In this document: positions 27,509 through 36,563 of the stretch, piece after piece | How the letters are laid out: every line of letters starts with the position of its first letter | Position numbering within the stretch: the stretch's first letter is position 1 | From: an uncultured virus (IMG/VR IMGVR_UViG_3300034279_000149) | Taxonomy: Duplodnaviria; Heunggongvirae; Uroviricota; Caudoviricetes | IMG/VR virus record: IMGVR_UViG_3300034279_000149 | Length of the DNA stretch: 64,000 bases | Direction: 5' to 3' (one strand) | The notes under the pieces: model-generated | Seen by the model: the letters and a program-made list of their open reading frames with translations, nothing else | Database searches by the model: none | Told to the model about the DNA's origin: nothing | Made by a program: the position numbers and the translations under genes

Positions 27509-28417
27509 ATGGCTATTTCACGCGCACAACTACTGAAAGAGTTGCTCCCAGGACTGAATGCTTTGTTTGGTTTGGAGTATGCTAAATACGGCGAAGAGCA
27601 CAAAGAGATTTACGAAACTGAATCATCTGAGCGTTCCTTCGAAGAAGAAACCAAACTGTCTGGCTTCAGCGCCGCTCCAGTCAAGAACGAAGGCTCTGCC
27701 ATCGCTTATGACAACGGTCAAGAGGCATGGACTGCTCGTTACAACCATGAAACAATCGCTCAGGGTTTCTCTCTGACCGAAGAAGCAATTGAAGATAACT
27801 TGTATGACTCTTTGTCAGCTCGTTATACCAAAGCGCTTGCTCGTTCCATGGCTTATACCAAGCAAGTTAAGGCTGCTGCAGTATTGAACAATGGCTTCAC
27901 CTCTGGCTACAACGGCGGTGACGGCGTACCTTTGTTCTCTGCATCACACCCATTGGTTTCTGGTGGCACAAACAGCAACATCCCTTCTACCGCTGCTGAC
28001 TTAAACGAGACTTCTTTGGAAGCCGCCGTTATTCAAATCAGCTTGTGGACAGACGAGCGTTCGCTGCTTATCGCTGCTAAACCCCGTAAGTTGATCGTTC
28101 CACCTTCACTCCAGTTCGTTGCTACTCGTTTGCTCGAGACAGAACTCCGTGTTGGTACTAACGACAACGACATCAATGCATTGAAGAACAATGGCTCGAT
28201 CCCAGAAGGTTACGCAATTAACCACTTCTTGACCGACACAAACGCATGGTTCCTCACAACTGATGTTCCAAACGGCATGAAGCACTTTGAGCGTGTCCCT
28301 CTCCAGAACTCCATGGACGGCGACTTTGATACTGGTAACGTACGTTACAAGTCTCGTGAGCGTTATTCATTCGGCTGGTCAGATCCACTCGGTATGTACG
28401 GTTCCGCTGGCGCCTAA
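27509..28417 (+). CDS. Major capsid protein
   Basis: 302 aa, strong RBS, followed by a terminator; LIVPP and RERYSFGWSD pattern. Confidence 0.85.
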   Translation: MAISRAQLLKELLPGLNALFGLEYAKYGEEHKEIYETESSERSFEEETKLSGFSAAPVKNEGSAIAYDNGQEAWTARYNHETIAQGFSLTEEAIEDNLYDSLSARYTKALARSMAYTKQVKAAAVLNNGFTSGYNGGDGVPLFSASHPLVSGGTNSNIPSTAADLNETSLEAAVIQISLWTDERSLLIAAKPRKLIVPPSLQFVATRLLETELRVGTNDNDINALKNNGSIPEGYAINHFLTDTNAWFLTTDVPNGMKHFERVPLQNSMDGDFDTGNVRYKSRERYSFGWSDPLGMYGSAGA

Positions 28418-28438
28418 TAAGCCCCAGTGCAGCAAGAA

Positions 28439-28468
28439 GCCCCGCCTAAACAGCGGGGTTTTTTATTT
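28439..28468 (+). terminator. Intrinsic terminator after the MCP
   Basis: GCCCCGC-loop-GCGGGGT plus a T run. Confidence 0.85.
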
Positions 28469-28934
28469 GCTTGACTAGATCTTCAAAGGAAAGATGGTCT
28501 ACATCTTCTATAAACTCTAAGGTAAATAAGTACCTTGGCTCTGCAAAATTGATGACGGTATGGCGAGTTTGGGTGTTAAAAAGGTAATAAGTATATGGCT
28601 CGTAGACCAATTCCTCAAATTCAAACTGCACCCCTTCCCCCTTGGCAAATAGGCAGTTACTCTTAACTTGTGGAGTTAAAAGCATGTTGACCCCCACCCC
28701 CCTACGGGTATCCCTGTGCCAGTCATAACAGACATAGGGAGAGAGCTGAATAACTCCTGCTACAAACGAGTGCTTATTGAATAAATCCACTAGAAACGGG
28801 TCTTTTGCCAGCAATTCGTCGGGTACTTGGGTAGCTTTAAAGTTGTAGTAGTCCTGCCATTTAGACGTACTTAGGGCAAACTCCAAAAGTTCTTTGGCAA
28901 TTACAGACGTGGTTGGGATTTTGTAATAGTTCAT
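28446..28934 (-). CDS. Cupin/2OG-Fe(II) oxygenase-like protein, antisense insertion
   Basis: WHRD (HxD)...FNTQTRHTVIN...RY facial-triad pattern. Confidence 0.6.
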   Translation of the reverse strand: MNYYKIPTTSVIAKELLEFALSTSKWQDYYNFKATQVPDELLAKDPFLVDLFNKHSFVAGVIQLSPYVCYDWHRDTRRGVGVNMLLTPQVKSNCLFAKGEGVQFEFEELVYEPYTYYLFNTQTRHTVINFAEPRYLFTLEFIEDVDHLSFEDLVKQIKNPAV

Positions 28935-28994
28935 TTAGTTATTCTACGTAAAAACATCTTGCACAAAGTTAAAATAGTAGTAAGATTGTGGAAA

Positions 28995-29061
28995 CTGGGT
29001 GATCCGCCTATCAAACTGCCCCAGCAGACGCATACACGATTGATAGGTTGAACTTTGTATG
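28995..29061 (+). ncRNA. Candidate pseudoknotted leader RNA
   Basis: CCTATCAA/TTGATAGG stem, CTGC/GCAG hairpin, CATACA/TGTATG pairing next to the RBS. Confidence 0.4.
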
Positions 29062-29075
29062 AAGGACAATTTGTC

Positions 29076-29570
29076 ATGGCAACAGCAACAACATCGAGCG
29101 TTTGGCGCTCAACTGGCGGCGACCAGACTCGTACTGCAGCAGCAGGTTCAATGGTAATGAAACAGCCATTCTACATTGCTAACTTAGCAGCAACTTCTAA
29201 CGTAGTAGTATCTTCAACTCTAGCCAACTCTGCAGTTATTCTGCCAGCTGGTGCGGTAGTTACTGACGTTTCTATCACTACTGTTGGTACAGGTACTATT
29301 GACTTAGGGTTTACCCCACTAATCGGCGTAGGTCCTGGTCAAACAACTACTTTAGGTACCAAAGTCCCACAAGGCCTTTTAGCTAATGCTTCTACAGCAA
29401 CACGTGTAAACGTAGCTGTTGGTGCTTCTGGCGGCGGCGCTTCTTTGGGTAACGTAGCTAATGCAACTAACTTAACTGTTGTTGTATCTACTGCAAATAC
29501 TGGTACTACAGGTGCTGTTTCTGGTATTTTGACCTATTTTGTAGCTGATTCTGGCGAAGAAAACGTCTAA
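29076..29570 (+). CDS. Virion structural protein (beta-rich)
   Basis: MATATTSS start after AAGGA; ILPAGAVVTDV motif. Confidence 0.65.
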   Translation: MATATTSSVWRSTGGDQTRTAAAGSMVMKQPFYIANLAATSNVVVSSTLANSAVILPAGAVVTDVSITTVGTGTIDLGFTPLIGVGPGQTTTLGTKVPQGLLANASTATRVNVAVGASGGGASLGNVANATNLTVVVSTANTGTTGAVSGILTYFVADSGEENV

Positions 29571-29577
29571 TTAATCT

Positions 29578-29598
29578 AGGGGGCTTGCCCCCTGTTTT
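29578..29598 (+). terminator. Hairpin / weak terminator
   Basis: AGGGGG-CTTG-CCCCCT-GTTTT. Confidence 0.5.
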
Positions 29599-29618
29599 AA
29601 CCTTATTGGAGATTAATT

Positions 29619-30092
29619 ATGGGTATGCAATATGACGTAAAGTCAAAACACGCTGGCGCTTCTGGACTAATGGTTGCTGGACGCACTCGATTAAAGGGTG
29701 CAATTATGTTCCCGTTTACTGGTGTCACTAATTATGCTGCGTTTGTTGATGACGTAAGCATCGTTGGTACTTATGACCGAGTTCTTACAGTAGCCACAAT
29801 AACTGCGGCAAATCATGGTTTAGCGGTTGGTGATTGGGTGTATCTTGACTGGGATTTAACTGACAATCCTTATCAAGTTCAGACAGTGGCAGACGCAAAT
29901 ACGTTTACTGTAACGGTAGCAACAGGAACTTCTAGCGGAAGCGTGACTGTCTGGAATGATGTTTTGCTCCAAGTAGACGCAAGTGCGGCAACTCCTTATA
30001 ACGTTGTTGTTCCAGGTGAAGGTATTCTTGCTTACAACGGCATTAGAATTTTTTTGCCAGCTAACTTTCATGCTACGGTGTTTTATGGCTAA
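29619..30092 (+). CDS. Virion protein with an inserted HGL..GD beta domain
   Basis: TITAANHGLAVGDWVY...YQVQTVADANTFTV. Confidence 0.65.
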   Translation: MGMQYDVKSKHAGASGLMVAGRTRLKGAIMFPFTGVTNYAAFVDDVSIVGTYDRVLTVATITAANHGLAVGDWVYLDWDLTDNPYQVQTVADANTFTVTVATGTSSGSVTVWNDVLLQVDASAATPYNVVVPGEGILAYNGIRIFLPANFHATVFYG

Positions 30093-30342
30093 GAAAAAGG
30101 GCGTCTCTCTTGCGGTTGGTCGTGGTGAAAAGCTGCCTGTATCTAAGGGCGCTGGGCTTACCGCCAAGGGTCGTGCTAAATATAATGCAGCGACTGGCTC
30201 GAATCTAAAGGCTCCGCAGCCTGAAGGTGGTGCTCGCAAGAAGTCTTTCTGCGCCCGTATGAGTGGTATGCCTGGTCCAATGAAAGACGAGAAAGGTCGC
30301 CCTACTCGTAAAGCAGCAAGTCTAAAAAGATGGAAGTGCTAA
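30085..30342 (+). CDS. Small basic protein (DUF6321-like)
   Basis: GLTAKGRAKYN..TGSNLKAP...RKKSFCARM...SLKRWKC. Confidence 0.7.
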   Translation: MAKKKGVSLAVGRGEKLPVSKGAGLTAKGRAKYNAATGSNLKAPQPEGGARKKSFCARMSGMPGPMKDEKGRPTRKAASLKRWKC

Positions 30343-30605
30343 TGGACAGCTTATTGACTGTTGTTATCGCGGCTTGGTCAGGGCTTTTAACAATATTTAT
30401 ATCCGTATTAGGTTACATCGTGAACGAAAAATTTAACAAAATTAAAGAGTTAGACGATAAACTCAATACAACTAGAGTGGAGGTAGCTCGTGAGCACATT
30501 ACTCGTGAAGAAGTTACAAGAATTACAGACCACATTGATGCAAGGTTTAACCGCCTTGAAGCAAAAATTGACCAACTTATTCAAAGCAAACTAATAGGAG
30601 CTTGA
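30342..30605 (+). CDS. Membrane-anchored coiled-coil protein
   Basis: N-terminal TM helix, RFNRLEAKID. Confidence 0.65.
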   Translation: MDSLLTVVIAAWSGLLTIFISVLGYIVNEKFNKIKELDDKLNTTRVEVAREHITREEVTRITDHIDARFNRLEAKIDQLIQSKLIGA

Positions 30606-30607
30606 AA

Positions 30608-30793
30608 ATGAAACACGAAGACATCAAAAAAGACATGCCAATGATGGCTAAAGTAGCTGCTAAGGCTGTTAAAGGCCACGAGAAGCGTATGCACAAAATG
30701 GCTAAGGGCGGCGTAACCCGTGCTGATGGCTGCGTATCTAAAGGCCACACCAAGGGCAAGATGATTGCAATGAAAAGCGGCGGGATGTGCTAA
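30608..30793 (+). CDS. Small basic protein (MAKGG, RADGC)
   Basis: AGGAG RBS; K/G/M-rich. Confidence 0.7.
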   Translation: MKHEDIKKDMPMMAKVAAKAVKGHEKRMHKMAKGGVTRADGCVSKGHTKGKMIAMKSGGMC

Positions 30794-30796
30794 ATC

Positions 30797-31042
30797 ATGG
30801 AAATGCTAAAAACCCTAAAAGATAAAGTCATGGGCACAGATGAGCAGAACAAAGCTGCCGCTGAGCGTATGAAGAACAATCCAATGGAACAAAAGTTCCA
30901 GAAGATGATGGGTAATGCACCAAAAGATGAAAAAGAAGCCAAGCCTGTTGAAAAAGCTAAGGGTGGAATGATTAAGTCTTCTGCCTCTAAACGTGCTGAC
31001 GGCTGTGCTATCAAGGGTAAAACCCGTGGGAAGATAGTGTAA
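30797..31042 (+). CDS. Small basic protein (KAKGG, SASKRADGC)
   Basis: Shares its C-terminal motif with neighbours. Confidence 0.7.
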   Translation: MEMLKTLKDKVMGTDEQNKAAAERMKNNPMEQKFQKMMGNAPKDEKEAKPVEKAKGGMIKSSASKRADGCAIKGKTRGKIV

Positions 31043-31392
31043 TGACTAAGCCAGTCCAACCTGCATCCCCATCTGCAGCAACAGGTGAGGGCAAGTCTTT
31101 TCTAGAAAGAATGCAGCGGGGCATGTCTAATGACCCAACGGCTAATCCAGAAAAAGCCAAGATGTTTGCTGAGAAGTTAGAGAAGTACGTTAACGAAGGC
31201 AAGGCTTTAAACGAAGCTAGGAACGAACATAAGAAGGTTCCTGGTCTATCCAGAGCAGGCGGTGGTGGCGGCGGTGGTGGCGATTTCAGTGGCATGAAAG
31301 GTTTAGACAAACCGTTTAAAGCTGGTGGCAAGGTATCTAGCGCCTCTAAACGGGCTGATGGCTGCTGCATAAGAGGGAAGACAAGAGCATGA
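31042..31392 (+). CDS. Small basic protein (poly-G, FKAGG, SASKRADGC)
   Basis: TAATG-coupled; shared motif. Confidence 0.7.
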   Translation: MTKPVQPASPSAATGEGKSFLERMQRGMSNDPTANPEKAKMFAEKLEKYVNEGKALNEARNEHKKVPGLSRAGGGGGGGGDFSGMKGLDKPFKAGGKVSSASKRADGCCIRGKTRA

Positions 31393-31661
31393 GACCAAGC
31401 AGAGGTATGGGCGCTATAAACCCTTCTAAGATGGGTAAAGGCGTTAAGAAAGCCCGTAGAGATGACACCGATTTCACTCAGTATAAAGAGGGTGGGAAGG
31501 TCAATGCGGCTGGTAACTACACTAAGCCTAGCCTTCGTAAGCGGATTGTTTCAGAGGTTAAAGCTGCTGCAACCCATGGTACGGGCGCTGGTCAATGGTC
31601 AGCTCGTAAAGCGCAGCTAGTAGCTAAGAAGTACAAAGCCGCTGGCGGTGGGTATAAATAA
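31389..31661 (+). CDS. Small basic protein (YKEGG; WSARKAQ)
   Basis: NYTKPSLRKRI...GQWSARKAQLVAKKYKAAGGGY. Confidence 0.7.
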   Translation: MRPSRGMGAINPSKMGKGVKKARRDDTDFTQYKEGGKVNAAGNYTKPSLRKRIVSEVKAAATHGTGAGQWSARKAQLVAKKYKAAGGGYK

Positions 31662-31688
31662 TGTTTAAATGGCTCTGGAGGTTACTCG

Positions 31689-31937
31689 GTGGCACTAGCG
31701 AAATCACAACGCAGCCTCAAAGCGTGGGGCAAGCAGGACTGGACAACCAAGTCGGGAAAAAAGTCGTCCGAAACAGGCGAGCGGTACCTGCCAAAAAAGG
31801 CAATACAAGCGCTAAGCCCGCAGGAGTACGCAGCAACAACGCGAGCAAAGCGGGCGGGAAAAGCACAGGGAAAGCAGTTCGTGCCCCAGCCGTCAAAAGT
31901 AAAAGCAAAAGTAAAACCGTATCGAAAGGTTAAATAA
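31689..31937 (+). CDS. Small basic protein (DUF5872-like)
   Basis: GGAGG RBS, GTG start; SLKAW.KQDW.TKSGK...ERYLP. Confidence 0.65.
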   Translation: MALAKSQRSLKAWGKQDWTTKSGKKSSETGERYLPKKAIQALSPQEYAATTRAKRAGKAQGKQFVPQPSKVKAKVKPYRKVK

Positions 31938-32206
31938 TGGCTAAATTTCCTGATTTAAACAAAGATGGCGAAGTAACCCAAGCTGACATCCTCAAGGGAC
32001 GGGGAGTTGGTATGAAAAAGGGTGGCGTTGCTAAGAAGAACTGGATTGCCGATGCAATCAAGAAGCCTGGCGCTCTGCGCTCTGCTCTTGGTACTAAAGC
32101 TGGCAAAACAATTCCTGCCAAAAAACTAGCCGTAGCGGCTAAGAAACCTGGTAAATTAGGTCAACGTGCTCGCCTTGCACAGACCTTAAAAGGCTTCAAA
32201 AAATGA
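31937..32206 (+). CDS. Small basic protein with EF-hand-like loop and MKKGG
   Basis: DLNKDGEVTQAD; WIADAIKKPGALR. Confidence 0.7.
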   Translation: MAKFPDLNKDGEVTQADILKGRGVGMKKGGVAKKNWIADAIKKPGALRSALGTKAGKTIPAKKLAVAAKKPGKLGQRARLAQTLKGFKK

Positions 32207-33135
32207 GTACCACAGGAACCACAGCCTTTAATCTCGATATGAATGACCTCATTGAGGAGGCGTTCGAGCGTTGTGGTAGAGAGCTTCGTACAGGTTATGA
32301 CTTCCGTACAGCCCGTCGTTCTGTCAACATTATGACGATTGAGTGGGCTAATAAAGGGCTTAACCTTTGGACTGTAGAGCAGGGTCAGATTCTAATGAAT
32401 ACTGGGCAGGCTATCTACCCTATTCCAGTTGATACGATTGATCTATTAGATACTACAGTGCGTCAAAACAATGGCTCACCAAGTAACCAGATTGATATTA
32501 ATATCAGCCGTATTTCTGAGTCTACCTACATGACTATTCCTAACAAGAATACAAATGGAAGACCTATTCAAGTTTGGTACAACCGCCAGTCAGGTAACGT
32601 TGCAAGTGTTGCACAAGCTACTTTAAGTGGTGGCATTAGTGCTACAGATACGACAATTACCCTAAGCGATGTTTCTAAGTTACCTACACAGGGCTTTGTA
32701 AATATTGATAACGAGACCATTGGCTATCAAAATATCGTTGGAAATCAAATACTTAACGCTTGGCGTGGACAGAACGGTACAACTGCCGCATCGCACCTAA
32801 CAGGCGCTAGTGTGTTTAATAACCAGCTTCCTTGCATTAACGTATGGCCTACTCCTAACGCTCCTGGCGATCAGTACACCTTTGTTTACTACCGTATGCG
32901 CCGTATTCAGGATGCAGGTACGGGCGTGCGCACGGAAGATATTCCATTCCGTTTTATCCCAGCAATGGTAGCTGGGCTGGCTTTTCATCTTGGTATGAAG
33001 TTAGAAGGGGTAGACCCAAACCGTGCGATGGCACTAAAACAACTTTATGATGAGTCGTTCCAATTAGCTGCGGAAGAAGATAGAGAAACAGCCCCAATAC
33101 GATGGGTTCCACGTAACTCGTTCTATTACAGCTAA
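32203..33135 (+). CDS. Head-tail adaptor (tail tubular A-like)
   Basis: LIEEAFERCG...WANKGLNLWT...VWPTP...GLAF; internal beta-domain insert. Confidence 0.65.
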   Translation: MSTTGTTAFNLDMNDLIEEAFERCGRELRTGYDFRTARRSVNIMTIEWANKGLNLWTVEQGQILMNTGQAIYPIPVDTIDLLDTTVRQNNGSPSNQIDINISRISESTYMTIPNKNTNGRPIQVWYNRQSGNVASVAQATLSGGISATDTTITLSDVSKLPTQGFVNIDNETIGYQNIVGNQILNAWRGQNGTTAASHLTGASVFNNQLPCINVWPTPNAPGDQYTFVYYRMRRIQDAGTGVRTEDIPFRFIPAMVAGLAFHLGMKLEGVDPNRAMALKQLYDESFQLAAEEDRETAPIRWVPRNSFYYS

Positions 33136-33137
33136 TC

Positions 33138-33566
33138 ATGCCAAGTAAGTTTGCGTCAGGTAAATATGCGATTGCTGAGTGCGATAGATGTGCCCAGCGG
33201 TACAAACTTAAGCAGTTAAAGATTCAAATAGTTAAGACAAAACCGTTTCAAATTAAAGTTTGCCCAGCATGTTGGGATCCAGATCAGCCACAGTTGTCGT
33301 TAGGTTTGTACCCAGTAAATGATCCGCAAGCGGTACGTGATCCTAGACCTGATGTTTCGTACCAGCAATCAGGACAAAGTGGTTTGCAGGAGCTGTTAAC
33401 CAATAGCGTATCCGAGTTGGGTTTTGGGTACCCAGAAGGTGGTAGTAGAGTGTTTCAGTGGGGGTGGCAGCCAGTTGGAGGGGCGAGTAGCTTTGACTCG
33501 GTTTTAACCCCAAATAACTTGATAGCTATCTGCCAAACAGGTACAGTAACAGTAACAACAACTTAG
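33138..33566 (+). CDS. Zinc-binding virion-module protein
   Basis: CDRC...CPACWDPDQPQ. Confidence 0.65.
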   Translation: MPSKFASGKYAIAECDRCAQRYKLKQLKIQIVKTKPFQIKVCPACWDPDQPQLSLGLYPVNDPQAVRDPRPDVSYQQSGQSGLQELLTNSVSELGFGYPEGGSRVFQWGWQPVGGASSFDSVLTPNNLIAICQTGTVTVTTT

Positions 33567-33575
33567 GAGTTAAAA

Positions 33576-33758
33576 ATGGGATACAAAAAAGCTGCTGATG
33601 GCGTCGCTAAAAAGGGTAAGACTGATACAAAAATTTACCCAAACAGCGGTCCAAGCGTTGTAGATAAAGGCCCAAAGGCTAGTACAAGTTCTTTAAACAA
33701 GAACATGAAAGCAATGGGGCGTAACCTAGCTAAAGTAGCAAACCAGAGAGGTCGATAA
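33576..33758 (+). CDS. Small basic protein (ADG.AKKGKT variant)
   Basis: AGGAG RBS. Confidence 0.65.
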   Translation: MGYKKAADGVAKKGKTDTKIYPNSGPSVVDKGPKASTSSLNKNMKAMGRNLAKVANQRGR

Positions 33759-34024
33759 TGGCTAAATACTCTATGAAAAAAGGCGGCAAAGAAGTAGGTC
33801 CTGCTGAGGTTTATGCAGAGCCACATACTATGTCGGGTAAGAAGGTAACAGCCGCTGAAAGTTCAGTTGTTAAGCCTGGACGTAATGGCATTAACGAGAT
33901 GAACGTGTCTGTTGCTGGTGTTAGTAAGGGCAACTACGCTCCTATTAACCCATATGGCGTTGGCGTAATGCGTGGTTATGGCGCTGCAACAAAAGGTCGT
34001 AAAATTAGTGGCAAGATGGGCTAA
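33758..34024 (+). CDS. Small basic protein (MKKGG; RGYGAATKG)
   Basis: TAATG-coupled. Confidence 0.65.
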   Translation: MAKYSMKKGGKEVGPAEVYAEPHTMSGKKVTAAESSVVKPGRNGINEMNVSVAGVSKGNYAPINPYGVGVMRGYGAATKGRKISGKMG

Positions 34025-34036
34025 GGATAAACCTGA

Positions 34037-34951
34037 ATGAACTATGTTCAACTGTATCAAGCGATACAAGACTATGCCGAGTCTAGCGAACAGCTATTTG
34101 TAGATAACATATCTACGTTTGTTCGTCAGGCTGAGCAGCGCATCTACAACACTGTTCAGTTGCCACCGTTGCGTAAGAACGTGACAGGTACATTGACGGC
34201 GGGTAATAAGTATCTTTCTGCGCCAAACGACTATTTGTCTACCTTTTCGCTGGCAGTAATTAAAGCGGACGGCAGCTACGAATACTTGCTTAACAAAGAC
34301 GTTAACTATATCCGTCAGGCGTATCCGCAACCCACTGATACGGGGGAACCCAAGTATTACGCCTTGTTTGGGCCACAATATACGCTTACAAACGAACTTA
34401 GCTTCATTCTTGGACCAACACCTGACTCAAGTTATAACGTAGAGATGCACTATTTCTACTACCCAATATCGATTGTGCAGGGCGCTATAACCTCTGGCAC
34501 GATTACTGCGGGTTCTGGCTACATTAACAACTTATACAGTAACGTACCTATTACAGGTGGTTCTGGCAACGGCGCTACAGCTAACATTACAGTTTCTGGA
34601 AACGTAGTCACTAACGTCCGCTTTAACAACCTTGGTAATTTCTACGTGGTTGGCGACGTAGTGTCTGCTGCCACTAGTAGCCTTGGCGGCACAGGATCTG
34701 GATTCCAGTTCACAATTACTGCGGTGGATAACACCCTTGGCACAAGTTGGGTTGGCGATAACTACGATCCGTGTCTACTTTATGGCTCACTGCGTGAGGC
34801 TGTTCTATTCCAAAAAGGTGAGCAGGATATGGTCACTTACTACGAAAAACAGTTTCAGGACGCTATGGCTCAACTGAACCGTCTCGGTACAGGTCTTGAG
34901 CGTGGTGATGCTTACCGTGATGGGCAAGCAAAAATTAGGGTGAACCCATGA
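34037..34951 (+). CDS. Connector/adaptor protein
   Basis: FVRQAEQRI...GEPKYY...GPTPD...LLYGSL.EA; internal GSGY/GGSGNGA insert. Confidence 0.65.
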   Translation: MNYVQLYQAIQDYAESSEQLFVDNISTFVRQAEQRIYNTVQLPPLRKNVTGTLTAGNKYLSAPNDYLSTFSLAVIKADGSYEYLLNKDVNYIRQAYPQPTDTGEPKYYALFGPQYTLTNELSFILGPTPDSSYNVEMHYFYYPISIVQGAITSGTITAGSGYINNLYSNVPITGGSGNGATANITVSGNVVTNVRFNNLGNFYVVGDVVSAATSSLGGTGSGFQFTITAVDNTLGTSWVGDNYDPCLLYGSLREAVLFQKGEQDMVTYYEKQFQDAMAQLNRLGTGLERGDAYRDGQAKIRVNP

Positions 34952-35367
34952 TTCAGCAAGGTCAGACCACCATATTCAAGCAGAATTGCTTAAGTGCGTT
35001 AGAGAACTTTGCTGCTGGCACATCTTATGTTTACAGGATTGCTTTATATACGGCATTAGCCGATTTAGGTCCTAGCACCCTTGTGTACACAACTGACGGC
35101 GAGATTACTGGAACAGGCTACACAGCAGGTGGAAAAGTGCTAACTCCTATTGTTCCTGCGTCTAGTGGTACAACTGCGTTTGTATCGTTTCAAAACGTAA
35201 CTTGGGACCCAGCGAGCTTTACTGCTAGGGGTGCTTTAATTTACAATGACACAACAAACGCTGCTGTAGCAGTACTGGATTTTGGTTCAGATAAAACCGC
35301 TTCTAGTACATTTACCGTGACTTTCCCAACGGCGACAGCATCTGACGCCATTATTCGGCTTTCTTAA
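34948..35367 (+). CDS. Tail structural protein
   Basis: IALYT...GYTAGG...ARGALIYN...VLDFGSDK. Confidence 0.65.
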   Translation: MIQQGQTTIFKQNCLSALENFAAGTSYVYRIALYTALADLGPSTLVYTTDGEITGTGYTAGGKVLTPIVPASSGTTAFVSFQNVTWDPASFTARGALIYNDTTNAAVAVLDFGSDKTASSTFTVTFPTATASDAIIRLS

Positions 35368-35376
35368 GGAGTATTT

Positions 35377-35970
35377 ATGAGTTCTGAAATTACAAAATTA
35401 GGCGATAGCTTCGGAGCTAGTGCTTCCTATGGTGGCGGCTCAGTCGAAACTGTTGGTCTTGAAGGTGTTTATTTGGCAGAGTGTTTTGATTCCGAGGGAA
35501 ACCTTAAGTGGAGCGACACAATCCCCAATCTTACTACCAATGTAGGCCGTAAGAACATAATGGATTCTTACTTTGCCAATACAGGCGGCGGCGCAATTGT
35601 TATGGGCTTAGGAGGCGCAAATGGCTCTGGTACGTTTACTCCTGCTTATGCTGATACTCAAGCTAGTCATGCTGGCTGGTTTGAAGTTGGCGGTGCTAAC
35701 GCCCCAACCTACTCTGGAACCCGTAAAACTCCAAGTTTCTCAGCAGCAACAACGGCGAATCCATCCGTCCTGTCAACGAGTGCCGCTGTCGTGTTTAGCA
35801 TGACCAGCTCTGGAACTGTATATGGCGCTTTCATTAACGTAGGTGGATCTACAGCGATTGATAACACCACAGGCACTCTGTTTAGTATCGGTGCATTTAC
35901 GGCTGGTTCTAAAACGGTTACTTCTGGCGATACCATCAACGTCACCTACACGCTGTCGGCTGCTGGCTAA
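35377..35970 (+). CDS. Tail structural protein
   Basis: NLTTNVG...SGDTINVTYT. Confidence 0.6.
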   Translation: MSSEITKLGDSFGASASYGGGSVETVGLEGVYLAECFDSEGNLKWSDTIPNLTTNVGRKNIMDSYFANTGGGAIVMGLGGANGSGTFTPAYADTQASHAGWFEVGGANAPTYSGTRKTPSFSAATTANPSVLSTSAAVVFSMTSSGTVYGAFINVGGSTAIDNTTGTLFSIGAFTAGSKTVTSGDTINVTYTLSAAG

Positions 35971-35980
35971 GGAGCTTTAA

Positions 35981-36562
35981 ATGGCTCTTCAGTTAAAAGA
36001 TAGGGTACTAGAAACTGCCTCAGCTCCTGGCACAGGCACAGTTACCCTTCTTGGCGCTTCGTTAGGATACCAATCCTTTAATACCGCTTTAACTAGCGGT
36101 AATACCACTTATTACACGATTGCGGATCTAGGCGGCGCTAACTGGGAAGTTGGAGTTGGTACGTTTACTGCGCCAGACCAATTAACCCGTGACACAATTT
36201 TAGAGTCTAGCGCTGGTGGTGTTGCGGTTAACTTTAGCTCTGGAATACAGAACGTATTTGTTACGTACCCTGCTGAGAAGTCGGTTAATTTAGACGCTTC
36301 GGGTAATGTTTCACCGTTGGGAACAATTGCTTCTGGTACGTGGAATGCCTCTACTATTGGCGCAGCTTATGGCGGTACTGGGCAGACTTCCTTAACTTCA
36401 AACAACGTAATTTTAGGTAACGGCACGTCTGGCGTTCAGTTTGTTGCTCCTGGCACAACGGCAAACGTACTAACTTCAAATGGTACAACATGGACTTCTG
36501 CTGCTCTTCCAGCTATTGCGTCACCCGATGATGCGTACTTCTTATCTTTTATGATGGGCTAA
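35981..36562 (+). CDS. Tail fibre-like protein
   Basis: DRVLET...WEVGVGT; YGGTG...GNGTS...VLTSNG repeats. Confidence 0.65.
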   Translation: MALQLKDRVLETASAPGTGTVTLLGASLGYQSFNTALTSGNTTYYTIADLGGANWEVGVGTFTAPDQLTRDTILESSAGGVAVNFSSGIQNVFVTYPAEKSVNLDASGNVSPLGTIASGTWNASTIGAAYGGTGQTSLTSNNVILGNGTSGVQFVAPGTTANVLTSNGTTWTSAALPAIASPDDAYFLSFMMG

Positions 36563-36563
36563 T

